Counted from the stretch's first letter, positions 9,701 through 17,597 are shown. The stretch is 64,000 nt of DNA from an uncultured Candidatus Saccharibacteria bacterium (GCA_964552475.1 CAZKFZ010000001.1:35347-99346); one strand, 5' to 3'. Numbers and translations are program-made. The notes: generated from the sequence alone by a model not told the origin.

Positions 9701-10997
9701 AAAGTTGTTTACCCATACTCGCAAGCACTATAATAGTGATACAGAGTGTTTAAAGCATATATTAGAAAATCAAGTATACGGTTTGGCACCCACCAAGGTG
9801 CTATATGATATTACCCAGTCGTATATATTTGGTTTCGATCAAAATAACAAAGTTAGTAACCACAATTTTGTTGAGCACGACTTACTGCCCGAGGCAAAAG
9901 ACGATACTGCAGCAAAGAAACTCGCACAATTATTTGGAAATGGAGGAAGTATGATGAAATTTGATGCCGTAGTGGGGAATCCACCGTATCAGGAAAATAG
10001 CGGAACAAGTGCCCGAGATGATGCTATATACAATTATTTTTACGACACTGCTGTACAGATAGCTGATAAATACTGCCTGATTTCGCCTGCACGCTTCTTA
10101 TTCAATGCCGGTAGTACCCCAAGACAATGGAATAAAAAAATGCTTAATGACACTCACTTGAAAATTATATCTTATGCGCACGACTCGTCAGCTGTTTTTC
10201 CTAATGTAGGTATTGCGGGTGGTGTAGTGATTATCTTTAGAGATGCTACTCAAGAATATGGAGCAATCGGTACATTTACAAGCTTTGATGAGCTAAATAG
10301 TATTGCGAGTAAAGTGAACACAGCCAGACAAGAAGCACTGACTAATATAATTTCAGGACGGGGTATATATAGGCTAACCCCGCAGCTGCATGAAGAACAC
10401 CCTGAAGTCAAAAATATGCAATCTGCTGGCCACAAAGACGATGTCGGGACGGGTGCATTTGATAAGTTTATCGGAATTATATTTTTTAAATCAAAACCGA
10501 ATGACGGAAAACATTACACACGCGTATACGGTAGGCTGGCCAATGAAAGAACTGATATGTGGATCAGGTCTGACTATATCAATAAACCATATGCAAATGA
10601 TAAGTATAGGGTCATTATTCCTAAAGCTTATGGTACTGGCATAACCGGAGTGGGTGTAACTGCAAGTTTGATTGGAAAACCTTTTGTTATTAAGCCTAAT
10701 GAAGCCTTTACAGAGATGTACATATCCATAGGCGATTTTGAGAGCGAACAAAGTGCTTTAAATGCTTTAAAATACGTAAAATCTAAGTTTGCGCGAGTGA
10801 TGCTAGCTGTCCTTAAGGTTACACAAGACAACACTAAAGAGAAATGGTCAAAAGTTCCACTCCAAGACTTCACATCGAACTCTGATATCGACTGGTCGAA
10901 ATCCATTCCAGAAATCGATCAGCAACTATATGCAAAGTATAAGTTATCAAAAGATGAAATAGAATTTATAGAGTCTCATGTTAAGCCCATGGTGTAG
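6783..10997 (+). CDS. single-polypeptide SNF2/DEAH-box helicase fused to Eco57I-type N6-adenine DNA methyltransferase (Type ISP-like restriction-modification or anti-restriction enzyme)
   Basis: 1404 aa. Helicase motifs: Walker A AKPRFGKT (motif I), VIDEAHEG (motif II DEAH), LHLSGTPF (motif III, SNF2/ResIII-like). A ~250-aa E/K-rich coiled-coil linker follows. MTase motifs: NQIFTPRKVV (motif X, FxxP) and VVGNPPYQ (motif IV NPPY, gamma-class N6-adenine). A ~250-aa C-terminal region could act as a target-recognition domain. The ~150-aa N-terminal domain has a possible GIY-YIG-like stretch (QIYSYTL...KIGYTERKDVDARINEQTH), unconfirmed. Confidence 0.8.
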   Translation: MPDNLPKIKTTKVVYPQIYSYTLPEHKANEGSQKIGYTERKDVDARINEQTHTAAIKLKPQKLWSAPSFFADNKNDFNDKTFHKFLVKNGVENRLDLGKEWFYFDGTPEKSKELFDAFREQGFAALQNVDKKIPYSLRTEQQAAVTMAKNYFTKHSGGEVLWNAKPRFGKTLATYDLAKQMQARKVLIVTNRPAIANSWLDDFEQFVEGYMFISETSSLSNRTALTREQFVSTSVELPQITFLSLQDMKGSRYFGGDYEKLEWVADLEWDMLVIDEAHEGIDTERTDAAFDIVKRKYTLHLSGTPFKALANNKFPKEAIFNWTYLDEQKIKQAELEENDTGDHTELPNLKLYTYRISEMVADEVNEGIEIDNETRDFAFDLNEFFATKDQKFVHEEDVREFLKNLTSNTKYPFSTPDLREELRHTFWYVGNRVDSVKALEQLLKQDDILKDYKIVVAAGDGKSFEEEENDFYGNEKSFDKVKKAIAENPRTITLSCGQLTAGVTIKEWSAVLMLTDIKTPAQYMQAAFRAQNPHRFYEDGQLKAKESAYLFDFAPTRVLEIYDQFANGLNGKAANGEITESERKENIKELLNFFPVISEDIDGKMVELDAEKVLTFPNALAAAEIVKARFMTNLLFNDNVKGVFSFPKEVEDILDKMPIEKNKRAEVAKSVLDLDDARKFEQSREAKINENSGVILGEKIFRSNIERVVDNALNAETTEEIIETLPDKITELAEPLIAKYKEVYKATNAEVEEMKKETDEKVRLVVAEYESSEIKDTAKLKENLANVIENDLVIDRVEQKETEVVEKVQKTKEEEVRDRLRSFTRTIPMFIMANSTKETINIDNFDDHIDDNDFEDLTNITKDEFYKLRDGFDYDENGERKTFGGVFDRYKFNASIAEFVAEKQKRADYFNTHEDIFELIPNQKNNQIFTPRKVVQIMINSLEKESPELFERTDSTFIDLYMKSGMYITEIVKKLFTHTRKHYNSDTECLKHILENQVYGLAPTKVLYDITQSYIFGFDQNNKVSNHNFVEHDLLPEAKDDTAAKKLAQLFGNGGSMMKFDAVVGNPPYQENSGTSARDDAIYNYFYDTAVQIADKYCLISPARFLFNAGSTPRQWNKKMLNDTHLKIISYAHDSSAVFPNVGIAGGVVIIFRDATQEYGAIGTFTSFDELNSIASKVNTARQEALTNIISGRGIYRLTPQLHEEHPEVKNMQSAGHKDDVGTGAFDKFIGIIFFKSKPNDGKHYTRVYGRLANERTDMWIRSDYINKPYANDKYRVIIPKAYGTGITGVGVTASLIGKPFVIKPNEAFTEMYISIGDFESEQSALNALKYVKSKFARVMLAVLKVTQDNTKEKWSKVPLQDFTSNSDIDWSKSIPEIDQQLYAKYKLSKDEIEFIESHVKPMV

Positions 10998-11000
10998 TTA

Positions 11001-11969
11001 GTGGTAGCCAAGCCTAGCATTGATATTTTTGAGAATTCTCTCCGCTCAAGAGGTAATTTACTAGATATATTACTTCTTGATCGTACTACTAAGAAAAATA
11101 TAATTTGGGCTACAGACTCATATAACAAAGCTCAAAAGAATAATAGTTTTTCACCGCGTAGGCAAATAAAACCAGAGCTTGTTACGGGCAAAGTTTATGG
11201 CCAACTTATACAACCAAGAGCTGCAAAACCACTATACGAGCAGCGTAAGCGTACCAAAGACAAAGCGGAGGTTTTCACACCATTACGTGTAGTAGACCAA
11301 ATGAACAAGCATATAGACTGGTCTAGTAGTTATCCACCAAACAAAGATAACTGGCAGGACTATGTGAAACAGCTAAAACTAGAGATAACATGTGGCGAAG
11401 CACCTTTTATGGTAGGAAGGTACAACCCAGATGCTCACACAGGTAAACTGATACAACTATACACTAAGACTGGCAAGCCAAACCGAGTAGGGTTTTTAGA
11501 TCGCAAGCTATACATAGTTTCAAAATATTGCAACAAGCATAGTCAGTGGGTACATTGGGCAAAAGAAGCATTTAAGGCAAGTTATGGATATGAGTGGCAG
11601 GGTGACAATATACTTATAGCTCGTGAGAATTTACTATATACATTTATAGATTTCTATGTAGATAAATTCAAACGTCGCCCATCGTTAAAATTACAAGAAG
11701 AGATTGCAGAGATAATAAGCTGGAATATATTTCAAATGGATGGGCTAAAATATGTAGTACCTATGAGCTGTAAACACATCAATAGAGTAATCCCCGGCGA
11801 GCTTACACTTTTTGGTGAGACACCAGACAGAGTAGAGAAAGACGAATGCGATGGATGTAAGTTACAAAAACCATACAAGCATAACGGTAAGTATGTAAAA
11901 ATAATGGATTGGGAGAAAAATACCACCATAAAGTTCGTTGATCTAATAACACAAAACGACGGCTTGTAA
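11001..11969 (+). CDS. hypothetical Cys-cluster protein translationally coupled to the helicase-MTase gene
   Basis: 322 aa. GTG start 3 nt after the upstream stop. Contains an AEVFTPLRVVDQM motif reminiscent of MTase motif X but no NPPY. C-terminal CKH...C-x2-C cluster (MSCKHIN...DECDGCK). Confidence 0.55.
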   Translation: MVAKPSIDIFENSLRSRGNLLDILLLDRTTKKNIIWATDSYNKAQKNNSFSPRRQIKPELVTGKVYGQLIQPRAAKPLYEQRKRTKDKAEVFTPLRVVDQMNKHIDWSSSYPPNKDNWQDYVKQLKLEITCGEAPFMVGRYNPDAHTGKLIQLYTKTGKPNRVGFLDRKLYIVSKYCNKHSQWVHWAKEAFKASYGYEWQGDNILIARENLLYTFIDFYVDKFKRRPSLKLQEEIAEIISWNIFQMDGLKYVVPMSCKHINRVIPGELTLFGETPDRVEKDECDGCKLQKPYKHNGKYVKIMDWEKNTTIKFVDLITQNDGL

Positions 11970-12052
11970 CCATCGTTTTGCTGGGAGGTGTAGCTTTTCT
12001 AGCGCTTTAGTACTGTCACTACCTAGCTCTCTATAAACCAGCTACTTTTCCA

Positions 12053-12277
12053 TTAACCTCTTGGTGGGAACGGGTCGTTACCGTAAGTCTCACGGTTTTC
12101 AATTGTACCATCTAATTTTTGAATAACTAATTCACTAGGTTGATTTTGTTTAGCAGTAAGTCTGCCTGTTTGCACAACTTTTATCTTTAGTGTATCCACG
12201 AAAAGTACCTTTTTATTATGTGTAAGCGCCCAGCTAGTTTTTGCTGGAGACACATAGTAGTATTTTCTCATCCACAC
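12053..12277 (-). CDS. hypothetical small protein
   Basis: 74-aa ORF, the only one in this gap, with no recognisable motif. The real start may be the second Met (MRKYYYV). Confidence 0.35.
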   Translation of the reverse strand: MWMRKYYYVSPAKTSWALTHNKKVLFVDTLKIKVVQTGRLTAKQNQPSELVIQKLDGTIENRETYGNDPFPPRG

Positions 12278-12531
12278 TCCTTTCTATTACAGAACAATGT
12301 TCACCCTCCCTGTAATTTACAAGGGTAGACTACGAAAGTCTAACGATATTATAGCAAAAATATACCGAACAATAAAATCATACACATCTTTAAATTTTAA
12401 GATCAGTTTTATGTAAATTGAATATAAAAATTACATAATCAACAGGGAATAGGTATAATATATTGTGTGGATATATAATATACAGAGTAATTTATATAAT
12501 TTAATATAAAGATTAAAAAAGGAATAAATAA

Positions 12532-12912
12532 ATGGCAAAGTATGTAGATGGGTTTGTACTAGTTGTGCCCAAAGGTAAAGAAACTGAGTACCAAGAAATG
12601 GCTAAAATGGGCAGAGACTCGTGGATGAAACACGGTGCTTTGCAATACTTTGAGTGCCGAGGTGACGACCTAGTACAACATGAGCAAGGCGACGAAAAAT
12701 CGCGAGATTTTAAAGAAATGGCTGGTGCGGGAGCCGACGAAAACGTATGGTTCTCTTTTATAGTTTTTAAATCTAAAGAGCATAGAGACGAAGTAAACAA
12801 AAAAGTAATGCAAGAGATGGGCGAGGAGTACAAAGACCAAACTGATTTTGAAATGCCCAACGACATGAAAAAAATGGCCTATGGCGGTTTTGAGGTTGTA
12901 GTAGAGGGTTAG
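12532..12912 (+). CDS. DUF1428 (YbaA-like) protein
   Basis: 126 aa. MAKYVDGFVLVVPKGKE...HGALQYFECRGDDL...KKMAYGGFEVVVEG matches the YbaA/DUF1428 fold end to end. AGGAA RBS. Confidence 0.8.
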   Translation: MAKYVDGFVLVVPKGKETEYQEMAKMGRDSWMKHGALQYFECRGDDLVQHEQGDEKSRDFKEMAGAGADENVWFSFIVFKSKEHRDEVNKKVMQEMGEEYKDQTDFEMPNDMKKMAYGGFEVVVEG

Positions 12913-12962
12913 TAAAAGAATCAATGATTGAATGTTCGTAGTATGTTTGGTATATTATATTT

Positions 12963-13790
12963 ATGAGCAACGAAACTAGCATAGCATTGTTTAATGACAA
13001 AGAAGTGCGCAAAACTCTGCATAAAAATGAGTGGTGGTTTTGTATTATTGACGTGGTAGAAATACTTACAGATTCTGTTGATGCTGGTGCATATTGGCGC
13101 AAACTTAAGCAAAGGCTTTTACAAGAGGGTGGCGACCAAACCGTGACAAATTGTCACAGTTTGAAAATGACAGCAAAAGACGGCAAACAACGCAACTTTG
13201 ATGCCATGAAGACAGAGGATATACTACGACTTATACAATCTATACCTTCACCCAAGGCCGAGCCGTTTAAGCGTTGGCTAGCACAAGTAGGTAGTGAGAG
13301 AATTGCTGAGATAGATAACCCCGAGCTTGCCACCGAACGTATGCGCAAGCTATATGAAGCCAAGGGGTACTCGAAAGGCTGGATAGATAAGCGTGTGCGA
13401 GGCATCAATGTACGAGACGAGCTAACAAGCGAATGGAAACAACGAGGCGTAAAAGAGGGCAGAGAGTACGCTATACTTACCAACGATATTTCAAAAGCAA
13501 CATTTGGTATGACAGCGACAGAATATAAAAAACATAAGAGCTTACAACTCGAGAATTTGCGTGATCATATGACAGATCTTGAGCTTATATTTACTATGCT
13601 TGGTGAAGCTGCCACTACAGAAATAGCGCGCAATAAAGATGCACAAGGTTTTTGGCAAAATAAAATGGCAGCTAATCAAGGCGGAAAGATAGCGGGTGAC
13701 GCGAGGGGCAAGCTAGAAAAAGAAAGTGGCAAAAGAGTTGTGAGTAAAGGTAACTACTTAGATAACAACGGCGCAAATAAACTCAAATAA
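12963..13790 (+). CDS. DinD/BRO-N-family protein (DNA-damage-inducible protein D-like)
   Basis: 275 aa. KRWLAQVGSERIAEIDNPELATERMRKLYEAKGYSKGWIDKRVRGI and the C-terminal ARNKDAQGFWQNKMAANQGGKIAGDARGKLEKESGKRVV resemble E. coli DinD and phage Bro-N/antirepressor proteins. Confidence 0.65.
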   Translation: MSNETSIALFNDKEVRKTLHKNEWWFCIIDVVEILTDSVDAGAYWRKLKQRLLQEGGDQTVTNCHSLKMTAKDGKQRNFDAMKTEDILRLIQSIPSPKAEPFKRWLAQVGSERIAEIDNPELATERMRKLYEAKGYSKGWIDKRVRGINVRDELTSEWKQRGVKEGREYAILTNDISKATFGMTATEYKKHKSLQLENLRDHMTDLELIFTMLGEAATTEIARNKDAQGFWQNKMAANQGGKIAGDARGKLEKESGKRVVSKGNYLDNNGANKLK

Positions 13791-13840
13791 CAAATTAGCA
13801 AAACGATACTTATCGCATTATTGATTGGTATAATAAAAAT

Positions 13841-14122
13841 ATGTCGTTTCAAGCCTACTTAGACAATATAGAAAAACAAACTGGCAAAACGCCGAATGAC
13901 TTTATTGCTATGGCCAAAACCAAAGGCTATGGTAAAGATACTAAGTCTAGCGAAATAATTGCTTGGCTTAAAGACGATTTTGGCTTGGGGCGTGGCCACG
14001 CCATGGCGCTAGTACATATAATAAAAAACGGTGCCAAAATAAGTGATAAACATGTGGGTTCGGCCGGTACTCATAGTGATGAAAGTGATACTCTACGGCT
14101 CGATGGCATTAAGAACCGATAG
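13841..14122 (+). CDS. DUF4287 domain protein
   Basis: 93 aa. MSFQAYLDNIEKQTGKTPNDF...IIAWLKDDFGLGRGHAMALVHII matches the DUF4287 signature. Confidence 0.7.
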   Translation: MSFQAYLDNIEKQTGKTPNDFIAMAKTKGYGKDTKSSEIIAWLKDDFGLGRGHAMALVHIIKNGAKISDKHVGSAGTHSDESDTLRLDGIKNR

Positions 14123-14143
14123 ACCTAGAACTATATTACAAAA

Positions 14144-14180
14144 AGAGCCCCGAGGTGAGTCGGGGACTCTCTCGGGGCTT
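14144..14180. terminator. GC-rich hairpin between convergent genes
   Basis: GAGCCCCGAG...CTCGGGGCT with a nested CCCCGAG/TCGGGG alternative. No clean U-tract. Confidence 0.35.
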
Positions 14181-14198
14181 GTGCGCCCATCTGGTGTA

Positions 14199-14621
14199 CT
14201 AGATACGAATAGAGAAATATGGCATGCCACCGGGTAGCATAGACCACATCTCCTTGGGAAGCTGGTAATGAACAAGGTCTAGCGCCACACCCATCACCAC
14301 TAGCTGTTCCATAATGGCATGCAAGCCAGTCCACAAGTTGCCGTGTCTATCGTTGCAGGCGTTGAGAAAGCTCCAGCCTCCACCACCGTTTTCGCGGAAC
14401 TCGTCGGGCAGTTCGGCCAGCAGAGCAGCAACTTCATCGCGATGACTCTCGAGGCGTTCGGGGTGAAGCCCGTAGTTGGCAACGATTCCCTCTACCATAA
14501 CGTGGTTGGAGGTATCCTCGCCGTCTTGGTAGAGACAGTCGAGAAAGATCTCTTCGACCTTCTTTGGGTTGAGCACCAAGGTATCGCTCACTTTGTATCC
14601 TTTCGCAGGTTTTTGGTACAC
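14199..14621 (-). CDS. hypothetical protein in a GC-rich patch
   Basis: 140-aa ORF with G/C-ending codons, unlike its neighbours. A similarly long ORF lies on the opposite strand (14319-14735). The minus frame was chosen because its translation is compositionally more protein-like. The strand is uncertain. Confidence 0.4.
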   Translation of the reverse strand: MYQKPAKGYKVSDTLVLNPKKVEEIFLDCLYQDGEDTSNHVMVEGIVANYGLHPERLESHRDEVAALLAELPDEFRENGGGGWSFLNACNDRHGNLWTGLHAIMEQLVVMGVALDLVHYQLPKEMWSMLPGGMPYFSIRI

Positions 14622-14789
14622 TCGGTTGAGACATGCGTTATTATACAGACTAGTATAGATTATGTCAAATATATTAGCTGGAGATGCAAAAATCTGCTAC
14701 ACACCCATACCACAAGGTGCAGTGCGTGTAGTTAGTTAATATAGTTAAACCAGGTGCTATAATATAAGTTATAAATAGGAGATCTCAAA

Positions 14790-15164
14790 ATGAAAATAGC
14801 CCAAAGTAATGTGGTGGCAAATGTAGCAGTAAAAGATATGGCCGAGAGCAAAAAGTTTTATGGTGAGACGTTGGGCCTCAAAGTAGACCAAGATGGCCCA
14901 GCTGGAGTAGCTTATAGCTGTGGAAGGGGCACATTGTTTGTATATGAGGCTCCAAGTGCTGGTAGTGGAGAGGCAACTTGTGCCACCTGGCAGGTAGAGG
15001 GTATAGAAGATGTAGTAAAAGAGCTGGCCGACAAAGGAGTGAAGTTTGAACACTACGAAATGCCCGGCGCACAGTGGCAAGGAGGTGTAGCGACTATGGG
15101 TAGTATGAAAGCTGCTTGGTTTAAAGACCCATCTGGCAATATTCTTGGTCTTTCAGAGATGTAG
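14790..15164 (+). CDS. VOC-family protein (glyoxalase/bleomycin-resistance fold)
   Basis: 124 aa. KKFYGETLGLKV...AWFKDPSGNILGL is typical of the glyoxalase I / VOC beta-alpha-beta-beta-beta module. GGAG RBS. Confidence 0.7.
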   Translation: MKIAQSNVVANVAVKDMAESKKFYGETLGLKVDQDGPAGVAYSCGRGTLFVYEAPSAGSGEATCATWQVEGIEDVVKELADKGVKFEHYEMPGAQWQGGVATMGSMKAAWFKDPSGNILGLSEM

Positions 15165-15181
15165 AAGGGTAACAAAAGATT

Positions 15182-15604
15182 ATGAACATGTTTAAACCTG
15201 TAAAGGCAAAAAATAGAGAAGAGTACATTAGCTCTTTAGTAGTGGAGAGAAAAGAAATAATTTTATCGCTAGATAAGCTTATTCAAAAGACCGTACCGGC
15301 CCTTAAGCCAAATTTTTTGTACAACATGCTGGGTTATGGTGAGTTTGACTATATTAATTACAAAAAAGATAAGATTAAATGGCCTATCATCGCTCTGGCT
15401 AGCCAAAAGAACTATGTGAGTTTGTACGTTTGTGCGTTGGTAGATGGAAAGTATTTGGCCGAAAAATACAAAGATGAGCTTGGCAAGGTAAGCGTAGGCA
15501 AGAGTTGTATAAAATTTAAGCGCCTTGCAGACCTTAATATCCATGTACTTAAAGAGCTATTAGTAGAAGCAGCTAAAAACCCGGGCTTAATAGTAAGTAA
15601 TTGA
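15182..15604 (+). CDS. DUF1801 (YdhG-like) domain protein
   Basis: 140 aa. EEYISSL...PALKPNFLYNMLGYGEF...YVSLYVC...IKFKRLADLNIHVLKELLVEA matches the YdhG/DUF1801 architecture. Confidence 0.65.
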   Translation: MNMFKPVKAKNREEYISSLVVERKEIILSLDKLIQKTVPALKPNFLYNMLGYGEFDYINYKKDKIKWPIIALASQKNYVSLYVCALVDGKYLAEKYKDELGKVSVGKSCIKFKRLADLNIHVLKELLVEAAKNPGLIVSN

Positions 15605-15895
15605 ATGTATAAATTTAGTACCAAAGTAAAAGTCTATCCAGGTGAGGCGGCTTGGTATTTTGCTACTCTACCAAAGAGTGTAGCTAGAGAGATAGACTTT
15701 AAACACGGCCACAGTAAGGCAGGCTTTGGCTCTTTACGCGTAAAGGTAAAAATAGGCACAACTAACTGGCAAACTTCAATTTTTACCGACACCAAAGCTA
15801 GTAGCTACATGTTGCCCTTAAAAGCTGAAGTGCGCAATGCAGAGAGTATAGAGGCAGGCGATACCGCGCAGATAGAGTTAGAAGTTTTAGTTTAG
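15605..15895 (+). CDS. DUF1905 domain protein
   Basis: 96 aa. MYKFSTKVKVYPGEAAWYFATLPKSVAREI matches the DUF1905 N-terminal signature. Start codon overlaps the upstream stop. Confidence 0.65.
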   Translation: MYKFSTKVKVYPGEAAWYFATLPKSVAREIDFKHGHSKAGFGSLRVKVKIGTTNWQTSIFTDTKASSYMLPLKAEVRNAESIEAGDTAQIELEVLV

Positions 15896-15896
15896 G

Positions 15897-16442
15897 TTAG
15901 TAAACTATTTTGAGCTGGCTGTTTGGCTCAATAACTGTAGTAAGGGCGTTGGGCGACTCTACACCATTAATATAAAAGCGCAATTGCTGTGCTGAGTTGG
16001 TACAAAAGGTTTGCTTGGTACCGGTAACTATACATTTGGTATCTACACTCATAGGTAGAGTAGTAAACAGATCACCCCAGGTAATGTTAGGTTTGGTAAC
16101 TACCACCTGTACCTGGCTAGAGCCTTCGGGCGGTATGTATACATCGGCCGATTTGTTGTGATAACGCGGGTCGGTAAATATGCGGGTTTCACCATTTATA
16201 ATAATTTGAAAAGTAGCTGTATATGGGGTAAATACCGGTACAGTCGTAGGTTGGCTATTGTTTTGGCTGGTGCTGGCTGGTGCAGTTGTTTTAGCTCTTG
16301 TGAGATACAAGTAGCCAGCAAGAACTATAATAATAGAAACAAAGATAGCAAAAGCTACTAAATACTTATTACTACGTCTTTTTTTTGCATTTTTCATACG
16401 GCTAGTATAGCAACAATTGGTAGTACATAAAACTATTGACAT
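15897..16442 (-). CDS. secreted/membrane-anchored hypothetical protein
   Basis: 181 aa. Basic N-terminus, one TM (LVAFAIFVSIIIVLAGYLYL), then a T/P/S-rich linker and a beta-rich C-terminal domain. Confidence 0.5.
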   Translation of the reverse strand: MSIVLCTTNCCYTSRMKNAKKRRSNKYLVAFAIFVSIIIVLAGYLYLTRAKTTAPASTSQNNSQPTTVPVFTPYTATFQIIINGETRIFTDPRYHNKSADVYIPPEGSSQVQVVVTKPNITWGDLFTTLPMSVDTKCIVTGTKQTFCTNSAQQLRFYINGVESPNALTTVIEPNSQLKIVY

Positions 16443-16464
16443 TTACGCTAGTTTGTGCTAGTAT
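16436..16464 (+). promoter_or_regulatory. sigma70-like promoter for the GC-rich gene at 16505
   Basis: TTGACA, 17 nt spacer, TAGTAT. A GAGAGA RBS sits 5 nt before the ATG at 16505. Confidence 0.5.
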
Positions 16465-16504
16465 AGTTAGGCTCAAGTAAATCTACTGAAAGAGAGATGA
16501 GCAC

Positions 16505-16921
16505 ATGAACATCGACATCAGTGATCTCGACCGTGCAGCCGTGTTGGCCGCGCTCTTCAATGGGGCACGGGCTCAGGGCCTCGGTTTCATCGCTCACCAG
16601 GACGGCGACATGACCGTCGAGCAGGCTCAGGCCATCCTCAACTCCGGTACGACCTACTTCGACTACCTGCAGGGTAGGGTGATGAAGGTCGACCTCTCCG
16701 GCGACTCGTTCGACCCCTGGGGCTACGACCGCGACAACGGCGAGGGCGCTGCCCACTCCGTCATCCGCTCGCTGCGGCAGACCGGCTCGGCCTCCAACGT
16801 GGAGACCAGGCATCTGCACCAGCACGGCATGGCCGCCGCAGCCGACGAGCTTCGGGAGCACTACGGCGACGATCTCGCCGACGAGCTGGTCGGCGCCCGC
16901 CGACCGGTCAGCGAAAGCTGA
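16505..16921 (+). CDS. hypothetical protein with high-GC (actinobacterial-like) codon usage
   Basis: 138-aa ORF with strong G/C third-position bias (atc gac ctc gcc ...), in sharp contrast to the ~40% GC neighbours. The translation is protein-like. The antisense ORF 16448-16960 is judged a high-GC artefact. Confidence 0.6.
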   Translation: MNIDISDLDRAAVLAALFNGARAQGLGFIAHQDGDMTVEQAQAILNSGTTYFDYLQGRVMKVDLSGDSFDPWGYDRDNGEGAAHSVIRSLRQTGSASNVETRHLHQHGMAAAADELREHYGDDLADELVGARRPVSES

Positions 16922-17095
16922 CAAAAAGGTTTGCCAGTTCCTTTCAAAAACTGGCTCCACCTAAGTGTTTAATGATATTAAATTGAAAATTTGGGTGGCA
17001 AAAGGTTCCTTGCTGAGTATTAATCTAATGCTAAGTAAGGAGCTTTTAGCAAATAAAAGCTTTGTACCTGTCCCCAAAAAAAAGGAAAATGCAAA

Positions 17096-17539
17096 ATGAG
17101 TCGACGCTCACTCATGCAGTTGTCGTTTGTGGTGTTTACTACCGCGCTCAGCGTGGCGTACTACCACATCTACATGTCGCTCGACACCTTGGCGCGTCAA
17201 GCGCTTATCGAGATGGGCGACACCACCTACTACCCGCCAGAGAATCAGCTCTGGGTAGCTACCAAGATCGTCGCAATCTCAGCTACCTTCGTGGGTGCTG
17301 GCATGGTGGCACTGATGTTTTTTGCCTACCTTCTCATTATGGCAATGTGCAACCAAGAGATCAACTCAGCCATTCGTGACTGCGAAGAACTTGGTGGCAC
17401 GCTCACCTCAGAACCCATTAAGGTGTGCCACTGGTACAGCTACGACTGGTCGCTAACCGGTGAGTTGCCCAGCGGCGAGGAGTACATTCGCTACAACGGC
17501 GACAACTTCTTCGAGGTTTTTCCGTTCGTACACCACTAG
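17096..17539 (+). CDS. hypothetical membrane protein (GC-rich)
   Basis: 147 aa. Three hydrophobic helices then a Cys-containing soluble tail. AGGAAA RBS. Elevated GC. Confidence 0.55.
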   Translation: MSRRSLMQLSFVVFTTALSVAYYHIYMSLDTLARQALIEMGDTTYYPPENQLWVATKIVAISATFVGAGMVALMFFAYLLIMAMCNQEINSAIRDCEELGGTLTSEPIKVCHWYSYDWSLTGELPSGEEYIRYNGDNFFEVFPFVHH

Positions 17540-17557
17540 GGCCAAGTAGGCCCGCAG

Positions 17558-17589
17558 GGCCCCAACAATTGTTGGGGCCCTTTACCTAT
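17558..17589. repeat. copy 1 of a 22-nt perfect palindrome plus conserved tail (terminator-like repeat element)
   Basis: GGCCCCAACAATTGTTGGGGCC followed by CTTTACCTAT. The same 32-nt element with one substitution recurs at 19803-19834. It can fold as a 9-bp stem, AATT loop and T-rich tail. Confidence 0.8.
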
Positions 17590-17597
17590 AAAACATC

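Noticed and set aside
12278-12531. AT-rich 250-nt intergenic region with multiple TATAAT-like boxes upstream of the DUF1428 gene
   Set aside because: Several -10-like hexamers (ggTATAATat, aTATAATat, tTATAATtt), but no -35 box at proper spacing that I could fix confidently. Probably a promoter region, but not resolvable to a single element by eye.
12513-13112. Several 60-120 aa minus-strand ORFs overlapping the DUF1428 and DinD-like genes
   Set aside because: The plus-strand genes have strong family matches. The minus ORFs are hydrophobic or low-complexity antisense readings.
14319-14735. 138-aa plus-strand ORF overlapping 14199-14621 on the minus strand
   Set aside because: Only one of the two can be real. 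The minus-strand translation looks more like a folded protein (mixed charged and aromatic content). The plus-strand one has no RBS and its 3' part runs into AT-rich intergenic sequence. The call remains uncertain.
16448-16960. 170-aa minus-strand ORF antisense to the GC-rich 16505-16921 gene
   Set aside because: High-GC DNA yields long antisense ORFs. Its translation is Gly/Ala/Val/Arg-rich and unprotein-like. The plus-strand frame has a promoter, an RBS and a plausible protein.
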